A stretch of 64,000 bases of DNA. Source: a bacterium. GTDB taxonomy: Bacteria > UBA8248. Position 1 is the first letter of the stretch. Each line of letters begins with the position of its first letter. Location: contig CBDCRP010000003.1 of the NCBI GenBank assembly GCA_965221165.1, positions 1,344,001-1,408,000 on the forward strand, written 5' to 3'. Positions 8,927 through 21,392 of this stretch are shown piece by piece. A model generated the notes under the pieces. That model did not search any database. It saw nothing but the letters and a program-made list of their open reading frames with translations, and had not been told where the DNA came from. Both the position numbers and the translations under genes were made by a program.

Positions 8927-9814
8927 ATGGAATATCTCGATATCAAGGAAACGCCGAGCCTCAGAGACCCCGCTCTCCTCATGGCTTTTGCGGGCTGGAA
9001 TGACGCCAGCAGCGCAGCCACGACCGCCGCGAGCTTCATCACCGAGGAAATGGGGGGGATGGAATTCGCCCGCATCGACTCCGATCCGTTCTACAATTTT
9101 CAGGACATGCGTCCCCACGTCAGCCTCGATGAGAACAGCCGCCGAAAAATCACATGGCCCTCGAACCGGTTCTACGCATGCGAGACGCCGAATCTCGACC
9201 ACGACGTGGTGGTGTTCCTGGGCGTAGAGCCTCACCTGCAATGGGAGCGCTTCTCCAAAATCATCCTGTCCATGGTGCGCGAGTGCGAGGTGCGGATGGC
9301 CGTGACGGTGGGCGCCCTGCTCGCCGACGTCTATCACCGGAGCAGGGTACGGATCACCGGAACCTCGACGAACCCGGACCTCACCTCGCAACTAGGGCTC
9401 AAGCCCTCGCGCTATGAGGGACCCACCGGAATCGTCGGCGTGCTGAACAATCTGTTCCGCGATGAAAATCTGCCGGCCGTCAGCGTCTGGGCGAACGTGC
9501 CCCACTACGTGAACGTATCGCCCAACCCGAAAGCGGCGCTCGCCCTGTTGGAGCGGCTCAGCGATTTGCTCTCCTATCCCCTCAATCTCTCGGAACTCGA
9601 GGCGGGCGCGCATGAATTCGAGGAGAAAGTCGACGAGGCGCTGGAGAAAAACAAATCGGTACGAGACTACGTGGAGCAACTCAAGCTCAGAGACGACGGC
9701 GCCGATGAGGAAACCCAGCCGGGCGAACTTCCCTCGGGAGAAGATTTGGCCAAGGAACTGGAACGCTTCCTCAGAAACCGCGGCGCCGATGAGGAAGCGC
9801 CCGAAGAAGAATAG
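8927..9814 (+). CDS. PAC2 (proteasome assembly chaperone-like) family protein
   Basis: AFAGWNDA, F..RP, EP..QW, SRYEGPTGIVG, VPHY, PNPKA motifs. Confidence 0.85.
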   Translation: MEYLDIKETPSLRDPALLMAFAGWNDASSAATTAASFITEEMGGMEFARIDSDPFYNFQDMRPHVSLDENSRRKITWPSNRFYACETPNLDHDVVVFLGVEPHLQWERFSKIILSMVRECEVRMAVTVGALLADVYHRSRVRITGTSTNPDLTSQLGLKPSRYEGPTGIVGVLNNLFRDENLPAVSVWANVPHYVNVSPNPKAALALLERLSDLLSYPLNLSELEAGAHEFEEKVDEALEKNKSVRDYVEQLKLRDDGADEETQPGELPSGEDLAKELERFLRNRGADEEAPEEE

Positions 9815-9899
9815 ACGAAAACATCAACAGCTCCCATAAAATTCATGGGGCCGCTCCGTTTCGCCGGCCGGCGGCTCCGAAGAGTCGAGCGAAGCGCTC

Positions 9900-10547
9900 C
9901 TAAACAGACCTCCAGCGATTCAGAGTCGCCTCTCTCACCAAATTCCTGAGACCCACCGCATCCACCGGCTTCGAGAGGCAATACGCCGCGCCCATGTCCA
10001 GAATGCGCTTGCGCTCGTCCCCGTCGGCGCCGCCGCCGAGCGCGAGGACGAACGTGTCACCGCCCGTGTTGCTCTGCTTGATCTGACGACACACATCGAA
10101 ACCATCCACACCGGAATGGTTCAGGTCGAGTATCACCACATCCGGATGCGAGTCGGAGTAAAGGACTCCCGCGCGAAACCCGTCGTGCGCCACCTGAACC
10201 TCATAGCCCGGATTGCCGAACAGCAACGCTCCCTTGAGAGAGTCGGCGAGGCCTTCGTCGCCGTTCACGATGAGGACCTTGGGAGCCCCCCCTTTTTCCG
10301 GGAAAGGGTGGGGCATGTTGCGTGATTCCAGAAAGGCGAGGAGCGCCTCTTTGCGAACCCTCCTGTGCCCTCCGGGCGTTCGGTATGCGCGCAGCCAGCC
10401 CTTGTCTATCCAGTTTTGAATCGTGACCGGCGTGACCTCGCACACTTCCGCCACTTCGAACGTAGTGAATACCTTTTTGTTGGACAACTTCCCCTCGCTG
10501 GACAATGTCCGCCCCCGTCGTCGTGTAGGATATGAAGCAGCATTCAC
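9900..10547 (-). CDS. Excisionase/MerR-like HTH fused to a response-regulator receiver domain (true start may be about 20 codons downstream)
   Basis: FTTFEVAEVCEVTPVTIQNWIDKG..AYRTPGGHRR, then ILDL...GFDVC...KP. Confidence 0.88.
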   Translation of the reverse strand: MNAASYPTRRRGRTLSSEGKLSNKKVFTTFEVAEVCEVTPVTIQNWIDKGWLRAYRTPGGHRRVRKEALLAFLESRNMPHPFPEKGGAPKVLIVNGDEGLADSLKGALLFGNPGYEVQVAHDGFRAGVLYSDSHPDVVILDLNHSGVDGFDVCRQIKQSNTGGDTFVLALGGGADGDERKRILDMGAAYCLSKPVDAVGLRNLVREATLNRWRSV

Positions 10548-10788
10548 CTAATGTGCGTGAGAGATGCGAAAAATTTCGATAGCAATATGTCGCACATTGC
10601 TCCCCGCATTTCAACCAAAGCGCGCCATCCGGATGGCTTGAGAATGCCGCCTGAACGGGATGAGGTTCGAGGGCATTGAATTTTAAGAGCCTCGCCATAT
10701 ATTCTTGACCCCATGCGGCGGCGCAAAGCAGGTTCGAGGAGAAGCGCGCCGTCCGGAGAAAATGAAAAAAACCACGGGATGAGCGAAT

Positions 10789-11238
10789 ATGAGAGCCGTT
10801 GTCCAGCGCACGCGTGAAGCAAGCGTCCGGGTAAACTCGGAGGTGGTCGGAGAAATTCGGGGCGGACTCCTCGTTTTTCTGGGGGTCGGGCGCGAGGATA
10901 GTGAAAAAGACGCCGATTTCCTCGCCGAGAAAATCACCCACTTGAGGATATTCCAGGATGAGGCGCAGAAAATGAACCTCTCGCTTCTCGACTCGGGCGG
11001 AGCGATGCTCGTCGTCAGCCAGTTCACCCTGCACGGTGATTGCAGAAAAGGGAGACGTCCCAGCTTCGTCGCCGCGGCCCCGCCCGGGGAGGCCGTACCT
11101 CTCTATGAGCGCTTTATCGCGCGAGTCGAAAAACTGGGGGTTCCTGTCGCCGCGGGCCGCTTCGGCGCGATGATGGAGGTGGAAATCGTGAACGACGGAC
11201 CCGTCACCCTGCTGCTCGATACGAGAGGCGCGTTTTGA
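10789..11238 (+). CDS. dtd: D-aminoacyl-tRNA deacylase
   Basis: MRAVVQR, VSQFTL, NDGPVT. Confidence 0.97.
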   Translation: MRAVVQRTREASVRVNSEVVGEIRGGLLVFLGVGREDSEKDADFLAEKITHLRIFQDEAQKMNLSLLDSGGAMLVVSQFTLHGDCRKGRRPSFVAAAPPGEAVPLYERFIARVEKLGVPVAAGRFGAMMEVEIVNDGPVTLLLDTRGAF

Positions 11239-12203
11239 TGACGCCGGGAGACGTGCGCCTCCTCAGGAACAAGCTCGACGCGCTCGCCCGCACCTACCAC
11301 GACGCCTATCTCGCCACCGATCCGCTCGGGATCGCGCACGGCTTCGAGGGCGAGCGGAATCGCGAGGTCGCAGCGTTTCTGAGCGCATCGCTGGCCTTCG
11401 GCAACGCCGCCGCCATACGGATGAGCGTCAAGCGCGTCATGGAGCGGCTCGGCCCCCAGCCGGCGATCGCGCTACGGCGCTATGGTCCCGAGAAAGGCGC
11501 CTCCCTCTTCGAGGGCCTCTACCACCGATGGGTGGGGCCGGAGGCCATCGGGCTCCTCGCCGGGGCGATCGGCGAGGCGCTCAACAACGAGGGCTCGCTC
11601 GAAGCCCTGTTTCTCAAGGGCTATCGTCCAGATGAGGAGACCCTCCAGGGGGCGCTCAAAAGGTTCAGGGATCGCCTGCTCCGCTCCCTCCCGAAGGCGC
11701 GCAGGAGCGCGCGGGTCGAGCGCGGCATCCACTACCTGCTGCCGGACCCGGGGGGCGGAAGCGCGTGCAAGCGGCTCCACCTGTTTCTCCGCTGGATGGT
11801 GCGGCCCGCCGACGGTCTGGACCTGGGGCTCTGGAAAGGGCCCAAAACACACCAGCTCATCATACCGCTCGACACCCACATCGCGCGCATCGGGCGTCTT
11901 TTGGGCCTCACCGACAGGAAGACGCCGGACCTCAAAATGGCGCTCGAGATCACCAAAAATCTAAAGCGCATCGACCCCGAGGACCCGGTACGCTACGATT
12001 TCGCCATCTCGCGGATGGGCATTCTCAAGCATTGCCCGAGCAAGAGAAACGTAAAACTCTGCGCGGGCTGCCCCTTGCAGGACGCCTGCCGCTTCTGGCG
12101 GCGTCTTCCCCGACGCAGAAAAGACGCTGCGCTGCGCGCGCGGATGACGCCCAAGAGCGGTTGCCGCAGCGCATACCCTGGGATACCTTGCCACCGGGGC
12201 TGA
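11235..12203 (+). CDS. TIGR02757/DUF2400 family protein with C-terminal Cys cluster
   Basis: [31 protein letters not shown]. Confidence 0.88.
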   Translation: MMTPGDVRLLRNKLDALARTYHDAYLATDPLGIAHGFEGERNREVAAFLSASLAFGNAAAIRMSVKRVMERLGPQPAIALRRYGPEKGASLFEGLYHRWVGPEAIGLLAGAIGEALNNEGSLEALFLKGYRPDEETLQGALKRFRDRLLRSLPKARRSARVERGIHYLLPDPGGGSACKRLHLFLRWMVRPADGLDLGLWKGPKTHQLIIPLDTHIARIGRLLGLTDRKTPDLKMALEITKNLKRIDPEDPVRYDFAISRMGILKHCPSKRNVKLCAGCPLQDACRFWRRLPRRRKDAALRARMTPKSGCRSAYPGIPCHRG

Positions 12204-12220
12204 ATCGGGAGATTTATCAC

Positions 12221-13126
12221 GTGTCGACGAACATTAAGCGCATCGCATTGACCGCATGGGCGGACGCGCAAAAAAACCCGCTCGACTTCACCAGGCTCAC
12301 CGCCTGGCTGAAAGAGAGAGGCTTCGAGGTTCATCTCGATCTGGATACGGCCGAGATGGCGGGAGAGAAACCAGGCCTGGCGCGCGAGGAGGTCGTCAGG
12401 CGCGCCGATTTGGTCATCGTCTTCGGCGGCGACGGCTCCATGCTGCGCACCGCCCACAACATCGGGGAGGAATCTCCCCTCCTTCTGGGCATCAACACGG
12501 GCCATCTGGGTTTTCTGGCCGACATCCCCCAGGCAGAACTCTACCCGGCGCTGGAGAGGATACTGCTCAACGGGGAATTTTCCACCGAATCGCGGATGCG
12601 GCTCGGCGCTTCGGTGCGCAAAAACGGGGGCGCGCCGCCTTCGCTGTCCGATTCGCTGAACGACATCGTGCTCACCACCGGACCCCTGGCGCGCATGGTC
12701 GAATACGAGATCCAGATGGAAGACCGCCACCTCGGCTATTTCCGCGCGGACGGCCTCATCATCGCCACGCCCACCGGCTCCACGGCCTACTCTCTCTCCG
12801 CGGGCGGGCCGCTCGTGCTGCCCGATCTGAACGTGATACTCATCAACCCGATATGCCCGCACACGCTCAGCAACCGGCCCATCGTCGTCCCCGCCGAGGC
12901 GGAACTGGAAATCACCATCTTCCCGGACACCGAGGCGGAAGGCCGGGAGGTTCTCCTCACGCTCGACGGCTTTCCCGGATGCGGACTCGAGGCGGGCGAT
13001 TCGGTGAAGATCAAAAAGAGCCGGACCCCCGTGCGGATCATACGCCCCCAGGGGGCGGATTTCTTTCAAACCCTGCGGGAGAAACTCCTGTGGGAGACCC
13101 ACCCGCGCGGCGGGCGGAAAACGTAA
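12221..13126 (+). CDS. nadK: NAD(+) kinase
   Basis: GGDGSML, GINTGHLGFL, LND, DGLIIATPTGSTAYSLSAGG; GTG start at 12221. Confidence 0.95.
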   Translation: MSTNIKRIALTAWADAQKNPLDFTRLTAWLKERGFEVHLDLDTAEMAGEKPGLAREEVVRRADLVIVFGGDGSMLRTAHNIGEESPLLLGINTGHLGFLADIPQAELYPALERILLNGEFSTESRMRLGASVRKNGGAPPSLSDSLNDIVLTTGPLARMVEYEIQMEDRHLGYFRADGLIIATPTGSTAYSLSAGGPLVLPDLNVILINPICPHTLSNRPIVVPAEAELEITIFPDTEAEGREVLLTLDGFPGCGLEAGDSVKIKKSRTPVRIIRPQGADFFQTLREKLLWETHPRGGRKT

Positions 13127-13133
13127 AAACGCC

Positions 13134-14849
13134 ATGCTCCGCCTCCTCAAGATCACGAATTTCGCCATCATCGACGACCTGGAAATCGCCTTCGGCCCGG
13201 GCCTGAACGTCCTGACGGGCGAGACGGGCGCGGGCAAATCCATCATCTTCGACGCCCTGAACCTCACACTGGGCGCGCGGGCGCGGGGCGACCTCGTTCG
13301 CACGGGCGCCAAAGAGGCCGTCGTCGAATCCGTCTTCGAGATACCCGGCACCGCCGGCGGTCTCGCGGCCCGCTCCCTGCTCGATGAAGCGGGCGTGGAA
13401 ATCGAGGATGACGGCGAACTCATCGTGCGGCGCAGGGTCGCGGAGGCGGGCAGAAGCCGTATCTACTTAAACGGCGTCCTCGGCACGGCGTCCCTGCTAT
13501 CCCAGGTAGGCGAGCGCCTCGTGAACATCCACGGCCAGCACGCGCACCAGAGCCTCCTTCGCTCCGCCGGCCATCTGGGGCTTCTGGATGATTTCGCGGA
13601 AACGAGCGGGCGAAGAGCCGCGCTGGGCGAACTGGTGCGCGAACTCAAAACCGCTGAAGAGAAGCTCCGCGCGCACCGCGAGGGTGTGCGCGAGCGCGCC
13701 CAAAGGGCGGATCTCCTCCGCTTTCAGGTGGAAGAACTCGAAAAAGCCGCTCTGCGTCCTGGAGAGCTTGCGGAGATCGAGAGCGAACTCCCGAGGCTCA
13801 GAAACGCCGGCCGTCTGAGAGAAGGCGCCGCCTCACTTTATGAGCGGCTCTATGAGGCGGAAGGCGCGGTCGTCGAAAAAACGGGCGAAATTCACCGCGA
13901 ACTCGAAGGCATGGCCGTTCTGGATGAATCCCTGCGCCCGCTTCTGGAGGAAGCCGCATCCGCCCAGGCGCAACTGGAGACTTTAGCGGATTCCCTGCGC
14001 GACTACACGGAAGGGATAGCGCACGACCCCGGCCTCCTGGAGGAACTCGAAGAGAGGCGCGCGCTGGTTCGCGAGATGATCAGAAAATACGGGAGCGATG
14101 AGGCGGAATGCCTCGCGTTTTTAGACGATTGCAGGAATCGGCTCACCGTGATCTCGGACGAGGAAGGAACCGAAGCGCGCCTCACGGATGCGCGCGACGC
14201 GCTTGGAACGGAACTCTCGAAAATCGCACTCGCACTATCCGAAGAGAGAAAAAACGCGGCCAAGAACCTCGATGCGCGCATGGAAGAAGCCCTGGGCGAA
14301 CTGGGTCTTGTCGGAGCGAGATTCCAGACGCTGCTCACGCATCAGGACGACCCCGAGGGCTTTATCGAGGTGGAGGGGCGCGCGGTCGCCGTTCGCGCCG
14401 ATGGCATAGACCGCGCCCAGTTCCACTTCTCGCCCAACCCCGGTGAGGCGCCCAGGCCTTTGAGCCGGACGGCCTCCGGCGGCGAACTCTCGCGGCTGAT
14501 GCTGGCCCTGGAATCGACTTTAAGACGCTCAGACCTCATTCCGACTCTCATTTTCGACGAGGTGGACGCCGGCATCGGCGGGGCCGTGGCCGAGGTGGTG
14601 GGAAGAAAACTCAAAGGGGTGTCGGAAAGCCACCAGGTGCTCGTCGTCACCCACCTGCCGCAAGTCGCCAGCCTGGGCGCGCGCCATTTCCGGGTCGAAA
14701 AACACGTCGTAGACGAACGCACGGCGTCGCGCGTCGAGGTTCTCGACGATGGCGCCAGGGTAGAGGAAATCGCCCGCATGGGAGCGGGGCTCGAGGTCAC
14801 CGACGCAGCCCGCGAACACGCGCGGGAGATGCTGGGAAAGGCGGGGTGA
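13134..14849 (+). CDS. recN: DNA repair protein RecN
   Basis: TGETGAGKS, ASGGELSR, FDEVDAGIGG, VTHLPQVA. Confidence 0.97.
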   Translation: MLRLLKITNFAIIDDLEIAFGPGLNVLTGETGAGKSIIFDALNLTLGARARGDLVRTGAKEAVVESVFEIPGTAGGLAARSLLDEAGVEIEDDGELIVRRRVAEAGRSRIYLNGVLGTASLLSQVGERLVNIHGQHAHQSLLRSAGHLGLLDDFAETSGRRAALGELVRELKTAEEKLRAHREGVRERAQRADLLRFQVEELEKAALRPGELAEIESELPRLRNAGRLREGAASLYERLYEAEGAVVEKTGEIHRELEGMAVLDESLRPLLEEAASAQAQLETLADSLRDYTEGIAHDPGLLEELEERRALVREMIRKYGSDEAECLAFLDDCRNRLTVISDEEGTEARLTDARDALGTELSKIALALSEERKNAAKNLDARMEEALGELGLVGARFQTLLTHQDDPEGFIEVEGRAVAVRADGIDRAQFHFSPNPGEAPRPLSRTASGGELSRLMLALESTLRRSDLIPTLIFDEVDAGIGGAVAEVVGRKLKGVSESHQVLVVTHLPQVASLGARHFRVEKHVVDERTASRVEVLDDGARVEEIARMGAGLEVTDAAREHAREMLGKAG

Positions 14850-14870
14850 GAAGGGCTGATTCACCATAGG

Positions 14871-14938
14871 TGTAGCCCCGTGCCCCTCCTCATCGCGCCC
14901 GGTCCGACATGGGACAACCACAGGGGGTTGCGCTTACG
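14871..14938. repeat. Degenerate GTAG-type REP pair
   Basis: gtagcccc... and gggacaaccacagggggttgcgcttac, related to the copy at 16232-16259. Confidence 0.55.
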
Positions 14939-14991
14939 TTTTTCAACAGAAGGTGGGCGGCTCCGATCTTGAAAAGATAGAAAGAAATTGT

Positions 14992-16200
14992 CTAGGCCGG
15001 TATTCCGTCGCGCGCGGAGAGCGTCGTGACGCCGCCTGCGCTCAGTGAATCCGAATACCGGAGGCCCGAGCCCGTGTTCATCAAGAGCACGCGCTCACCC
15101 GAGTGAACGACGCCGGCCTCGATGGCGCGCTTGAGACCCGCCAGTGTGGTGGCCCCCTCGGGACAGGCCAGAATCCCCTCGTGACGCGCCAACTCCTCCA
15201 CGGCGAGAAGCGTTTCTTCTTTATGGACGGCGACCGCGGAGCCGTTCGTCACCCGAATCAGCCTGAGCACATGGAGGCCTCCCGCGGGGTTTGGCGATTT
15301 CAGGCCACCCGGGATGATGTCGATCTCCCCCCAGGTCTCCACGTGCTCCTCTCCGCGCTCGAAGGCGCGCACGATGGGCGCGCACCCCTTATATTGGGTC
15401 ACCACGAGCCTGGGGTCCGGGCCTTCCACCCAGCCCAACTCGCGGAGTTCCGCTATCGCCTTGTAAATCGCCACGACGCCCAGCCCCCCGCCCGTGGGAT
15501 AGAAGATGACGTCGGGCAACTTCCAGCCCAACTGCTCGCAGATTTCCAGGCCCATGGTCTTTTTTCCCTCGACCCGGTAGGGCTCGCGCATCGTGTTCAC
15601 GTAGTGCCACCCGTTCGCGCGGGCGGCCTCGAAAACCATGCGCCCCGATTCCGCCCAGTGGCCGTCGAGCGTGAAGACGCGCGCGCCGAAAAGAGCGCAT
15701 TGGCGCACCGCGCCCGCCGGGGCGTCATGGGGCAGCAAAACGGTGCATTCCATTCCCGCCCGCGCCGCATAGGAGGCCCACGCCACGCCCGCGTTTCCCG
15801 AACTGTTCAACACCACGTGCGCAGCCCCCAACTCGCGCGCCCGGCTCAAGGCCACGCTCGCGCCGCGATCCTTGAACGTCCCCGTGGGATTCACGCCCTC
15901 GTTCTTCACCCACAGCGCGTCGAGGCCGAGCGCACGCCCGAGCCGCTCCGCATGGTGGAGGGGCGTCCAGCCCTCGTTCTGGGAGACGGCGTTTTCCGCC
16001 TCCGCCACCGGCAAAAAGGGCGCATAGCGCCAGAGCGTCGCCGGGCCTGCGCTTATCTGATCCTTCGTCACCTCACTTTTGAGCCTCGCCACGTCGTAGC
16101 ACGCGAACAAACACCCCCCGCAGGAGCAGATGTTCACGAGCGCATCCGCCGCGTGCGTTCGCCCGCAATCGGTGCATACCAGATGGGATAAGTAGGACAT
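14992..16200 (-). CDS. Threonine synthase-like PLP enzyme
   Basis: C-x2-C N-terminus, EGWTPL, NPTGTFKDRG, SSGNAG, PTGGG, NTGSG. Confidence 0.88.
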   Translation of the reverse strand: MSYLSHLVCTDCGRTHAADALVNICSCGGCLFACYDVARLKSEVTKDQISAGPATLWRYAPFLPVAEAENAVSQNEGWTPLHHAERLGRALGLDALWVKNEGVNPTGTFKDRGASVALSRARELGAAHVVLNSSGNAGVAWASYAARAGMECTVLLPHDAPAGAVRQCALFGARVFTLDGHWAESGRMVFEAARANGWHYVNTMREPYRVEGKKTMGLEICEQLGWKLPDVIFYPTGGGLGVVAIYKAIAELRELGWVEGPDPRLVVTQYKGCAPIVRAFERGEEHVETWGEIDIIPGGLKSPNPAGGLHVLRLIRVTNGSAVAVHKEETLLAVEELARHEGILACPEGATTLAGLKRAIEAGVVHSGERVLLMNTGSGLRYSDSLSAGGVTTLSARDGIPA

Positions 16201-16231
16201 GGCCGCTGCTCCTAGGAGACTGCTCCGAGAA

Positions 16232-16360
16232 AGGACAACCACGGGGGATTGTCCCTACGCATGGGGTATTCGGGACAAATACGACGATTCTCGCCGTAGG
16301 GACAGGCCCCTGTGCCTGTCCTCGAACAACTATCCGTAGGGGACGCATACATGCGTCCCT
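16232..16360. repeat. Cluster of three GTAG-family REP palindromes
   Basis: aggacaaccacgggggattgtccctacg; cgtagggacaggcccctgtgcctgtcct; cgtaggggacgcatacatgcgtccct. Confidence 0.8.
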
Positions 16361-16511
16361 TCGGGGTTGCCACCTTCAAGGTTCGCGTTCCTGCGGGGTT
16401 GGTCGATCTCGCGGTCGCCACCTCCGGGAAGGCCGGAATTCACAATCCCTCTCTCTTCGGTCGGGAGCGACAGTGAATTTCTCGCCCGATGTTTATCAGG
16501 ATTCTTGAACG

Positions 16512-17672
16512 TCAGCGCTCAATCAGCTTCAACTGTGAACCGAATTTAACGCCCGCGACTTTGCAGGCGGTTTCAATTTTTTTCTGGATGTCCTTTGTGC
16601 TGAGGTGGTGTCCCAACCACCATCCATTCCCCAGATTCAGAGATGATTTCTCCACGAACTTGGGATTGTCGTAAAGATCATTGCGGTTTCGCGCCACCAA
16701 CCGCCTTGTCCTACCCACTGTTTTCTCAGCGAGGCGCTCCATGAAGTCGGGGGCACGGCGGTCAAACGCCTTTAACACTTCTGCCAAGGTGCGATATGCA
16801 GCTTTGGTTTCAAAGCGCTCGCCATCAAATTCAAACCCGATAACAGTAGACTGCGGCTTGCCTACCCATTTCAACCCAACAGAAGTTGATTTCCTATTCC
16901 GGTCCAATGATTTAGAAGAAGTTGACGACCCAATTTCCGGTTTCTGGGATGAGGCAGAGGCAGGCTTCGATGGACGGGGGCGAGAAGTTGGCGATGTGGC
17001 CTCTGAAAGAAGTCCCTTCAAGAACGCCTCTACATCATCAAGTTTCGGCCTGGTTCCGCACGCTCTCGCCACTTCTTCCGCAAGCAGGTCACGAAGTATA
17101 TCGTCCGGAGTCTCCAGCAGGGTTCGCCAGACACCCGGAATGGCCTTGCGCGCTTTCCCCCGCTCCCGGTTGCTCTTGAGCCGCTGTTCCGCCTCAAGCC
17201 GGGCCTCCTCGGAAACAACACGACTTTTCAAAAGATGTTTCTCGAAAAATTCGACGTATTCGGAAATCCTCTCCTCGTTCGTCAATTCCACCCGATAGAA
17301 TTGCCTATCGGGAGGGTCGCCTGCCGCCATGCTGAGGTAAAAATCCCAAAGATTGCCGTCCGTCAGGATAAGGAACGGCACGCCCCTGTTGACGGCATAT
17401 CGAAACACCTGCTCCTCGCCTTTGATGTCCACGCCACCCAGCCCTTTGGCTTCGATGAAAACCAGCGGGCCACCGCCGCTTCTTAACAGCGCGTAGTCCA
17501 CTCGTCCGTTACCAGCGGAAAATTCCGGCACGAACTCGGCAGGGTCGCTATCGTCCCAATCCAGAGCGCGCAGAATCGGCAGGATGACCGCCTGCTTGAC
17601 TTGGGCCTCATTCTCCAGCGAACCGGAATGGATACGTTCGACTGCTTTTCTTAAAACTTCTTCCAGACTCAT
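16512..17672 (-). CDS. HsdR_N-type PD-(D/E)xK nuclease domain with a SeqA-like C-terminal domain
   Basis: NEAQVKQAVILPILRALDWD..PEF..RVDYAL..FIEAK..EQVFRYA..LTDG; a Ser/Pro/Lys linker; then GRTRRLVA...GWWLGHH. Confidence 0.8.
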   Translation of the reverse strand: MSLEEVLRKAVERIHSGSLENEAQVKQAVILPILRALDWDDSDPAEFVPEFSAGNGRVDYALLRSGGGPLVFIEAKGLGGVDIKGEEQVFRYAVNRGVPFLILTDGNLWDFYLSMAAGDPPDRQFYRVELTNEERISEYVEFFEKHLLKSRVVSEEARLEAEQRLKSNRERGKARKAIPGVWRTLLETPDDILRDLLAEEVARACGTRPKLDDVEAFLKGLLSEATSPTSRPRPSKPASASSQKPEIGSSTSSKSLDRNRKSTSVGLKWVGKPQSTVIGFEFDGERFETKAAYRTLAEVLKAFDRRAPDFMERLAEKTVGRTRRLVARNRNDLYDNPKFVEKSSLNLGNGWWLGHHLSTKDIQKKIETACKVAGVKFGSQLKLIER

Positions 17673-17704
17673 TCCGCCGAAAATTCCTCCCTTTTGATCG
17701 TAAT

Positions 17705-17850
17705 CCACTCCCCCTTGAGGGGAGGTAAGGACGCAGCGCGCAAGCGGACTGGTGGGGAGCCAATTCCGAGCGAAGAGCGAGGAATTGCGGACCGATGTTT
17801 TCCTCGTCTATGGCCTATGCAAACCCTCCCTCATCGGTCGGGTTTGACCC
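17705..17850. repeat. Palindromic MITE-like remnant
   Basis: cactcccccttgaggggagg resembles the reverse complement of cctcaagaggagagtgat at 31574-31591. Confidence 0.4.
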
Positions 17851-17851
17851 C

Positions 17852-19807
<1,956 letters not shown>

Positions 19808-19920
19808 GAGATCACCTCCCGACTCGGTCATGTGAAAATTATAGTCTTGGCGATTTTCCGCATTGTTGTGTATTCGGGGGGATTTCTCAAGTAGTGGGGC
19901 GGGGAAAACCACACGCCCGC

Positions 19921-20547
19921 TCAAACCGTGAGCGCAGCCCGCACCTCGCGCGCCGCTTGGGCGGGGTCGTCCGCTCCGAGGATGGCGCCGATGAGCGCGA
20001 CGCCGTATGCGCCTCTTTTAAGGCACGCGGAAGCGTTCGCAGCCCCCACGCCTCCGAGGGCATAAACGGGGCCATTGCAGGTCGCAAGTTCTTGTTCGAA
20101 CTTATCGAGGCCCAGGAGGGGGCCGGATGAGAATTTGCTGTTGGTCGGGAAAACGGGGCTCAGCGTCACGAAATCAGCGCCTTGGGCGAATACGCCCGCG
20201 GCCTCAACTCCTGAGTGGGCGGAGTAGCCGATGAGGCCTGCATACCCTCCCGCGCGGGCTGCGGAGACGGAGAGCGTCCCTTTGCCGAGGTGCACGCCGT
20301 CCGCACCCAGGGCTTCGGCCAGTTCCGGATCTGCGTTCACGAGCAGGCGCGCACCGTATTGATTCGCGAGCGAGACGACTTCTCTGCCGATCTTCAGGCG
20401 CTTCTCATAGGATAAATCTTTTTCCCGGAACTGAACGAAGCGCACCCCGCCGCCTAAGGCGGCTTCCAGCGCGCCCGGAAGATCGCCCGATGGGGGAGCG
20501 TGCCTGTCCGTGATGAGATAGAGCGGGTCGAGCGTTAATGATTCCAA
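19921..20547 (-). CDS. thiE: Thiamine phosphate synthase
   Basis: [34 protein letters not shown]; lies in the thiS-thiG operon. Confidence 0.9.
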   Translation of the reverse strand: MESLTLDPLYLITDRHAPPSGDLPGALEAALGGGVRFVQFREKDLSYEKRLKIGREVVSLANQYGARLLVNADPELAEALGADGVHLGKGTLSVSAARAGGYAGLIGYSAHSGVEAAGVFAQGADFVTLSPVFPTNSKFSSGPLLGLDKFEQELATCNGPVYALGGVGAANASACLKRGAYGVALIGAILGADDPAQAAREVRAALTV

Positions 20548-20566
20548 AATTTTCCCGAAACCAGCC

Positions 20567-21343
20567 TTAAGACCCGATGACGCCCGCCAGCGGGCTCGAC
20601 GCCGTGGCGTAGAGCTTCATGGGAATGCGCCCCGCCTCATAGGCGAGCCTGCCCGCCCCGACGCCCAGGTTCATGGCCCGCGCCATCTTCACCGGATCGT
20701 CGGCGCCTGCGATGGCCGTCTGCATCAAGACGGCGGCCGCGCCCAGCTCCATGGCCACGGCGGCGTCCGAAGCCGTGCCCACGCCCGCGTCCACGATGAC
20801 GGGAACCGAAATCTGCTGCATGATGATCTGGAGGTTGTAGGGGTTTCGTATACCCATCCCGGAACCTATCGGCGCGGCGAGGGGCATGACGGCGTGGCAG
20901 CCCAACTGTTCGAGCTTCTTGCAGATCACCGGGTCGTCGATGCAGTAGGGCAGGACGATGAAGCCGTCGTCCAGCAGGATTTTGCACGCCTCGAGCAGGC
21001 CCTCGTTGTCCGGGAAGAGCGTGTCCTCATCGCCGATGACCTCGACCTTCACGAAGTCCGACCCCGTGGCCTCGCGCGCGAGCCTCGCCGTCGTCACCGC
21101 GCTTTTCACGTCGTAGCAGCCCGCCGTGTTGGGCAGCATCGTATATTTTTCCTTATCGAAATGCGCCCAGAAACCCTCGGAAGAATCATCTTCCAGGTCC
21201 ACGCGGCGCACGGCGACGGTGACGATTTCCGTACCGCTCGCTTCGAGCGCATCGCGCATCACGGCGAAACTCGGATATTTGCCCGAACCCACCAAAAGGC
21301 GAGAAGTGAACGTCTTTCCCCCGATCTCATACGTGCTCATCAC
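20567..21343 (-). CDS. thiG: Thiazole synthase
   Basis: [36 protein letters not shown]. Confidence 0.97.
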   Translation of the reverse strand: MMSTYEIGGKTFTSRLLVGSGKYPSFAVMRDALEASGTEIVTVAVRRVDLEDDSSEGFWAHFDKEKYTMLPNTAGCYDVKSAVTTARLAREATGSDFVKVEVIGDEDTLFPDNEGLLEACKILLDDGFIVLPYCIDDPVICKKLEQLGCHAVMPLAAPIGSGMGIRNPYNLQIIMQQISVPVIVDAGVGTASDAAVAMELGAAAVLMQTAIAGADDPVKMARAMNLGVGAGRLAYEAGRIPMKLYATASSPLAGVIGS

Positions 21344-21392
21344 ACCCCCTCCCGGCGCCGACGCATAAGGCCGCGCCCGTTTTCATTTATGA

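Noticed and set aside
10632-10650. Possible sigma-54 promoter (TGGC...TGC)
   Set aside because: The GG-to-GC spacing is one base short of the strict -24/-12 consensus on either strand.
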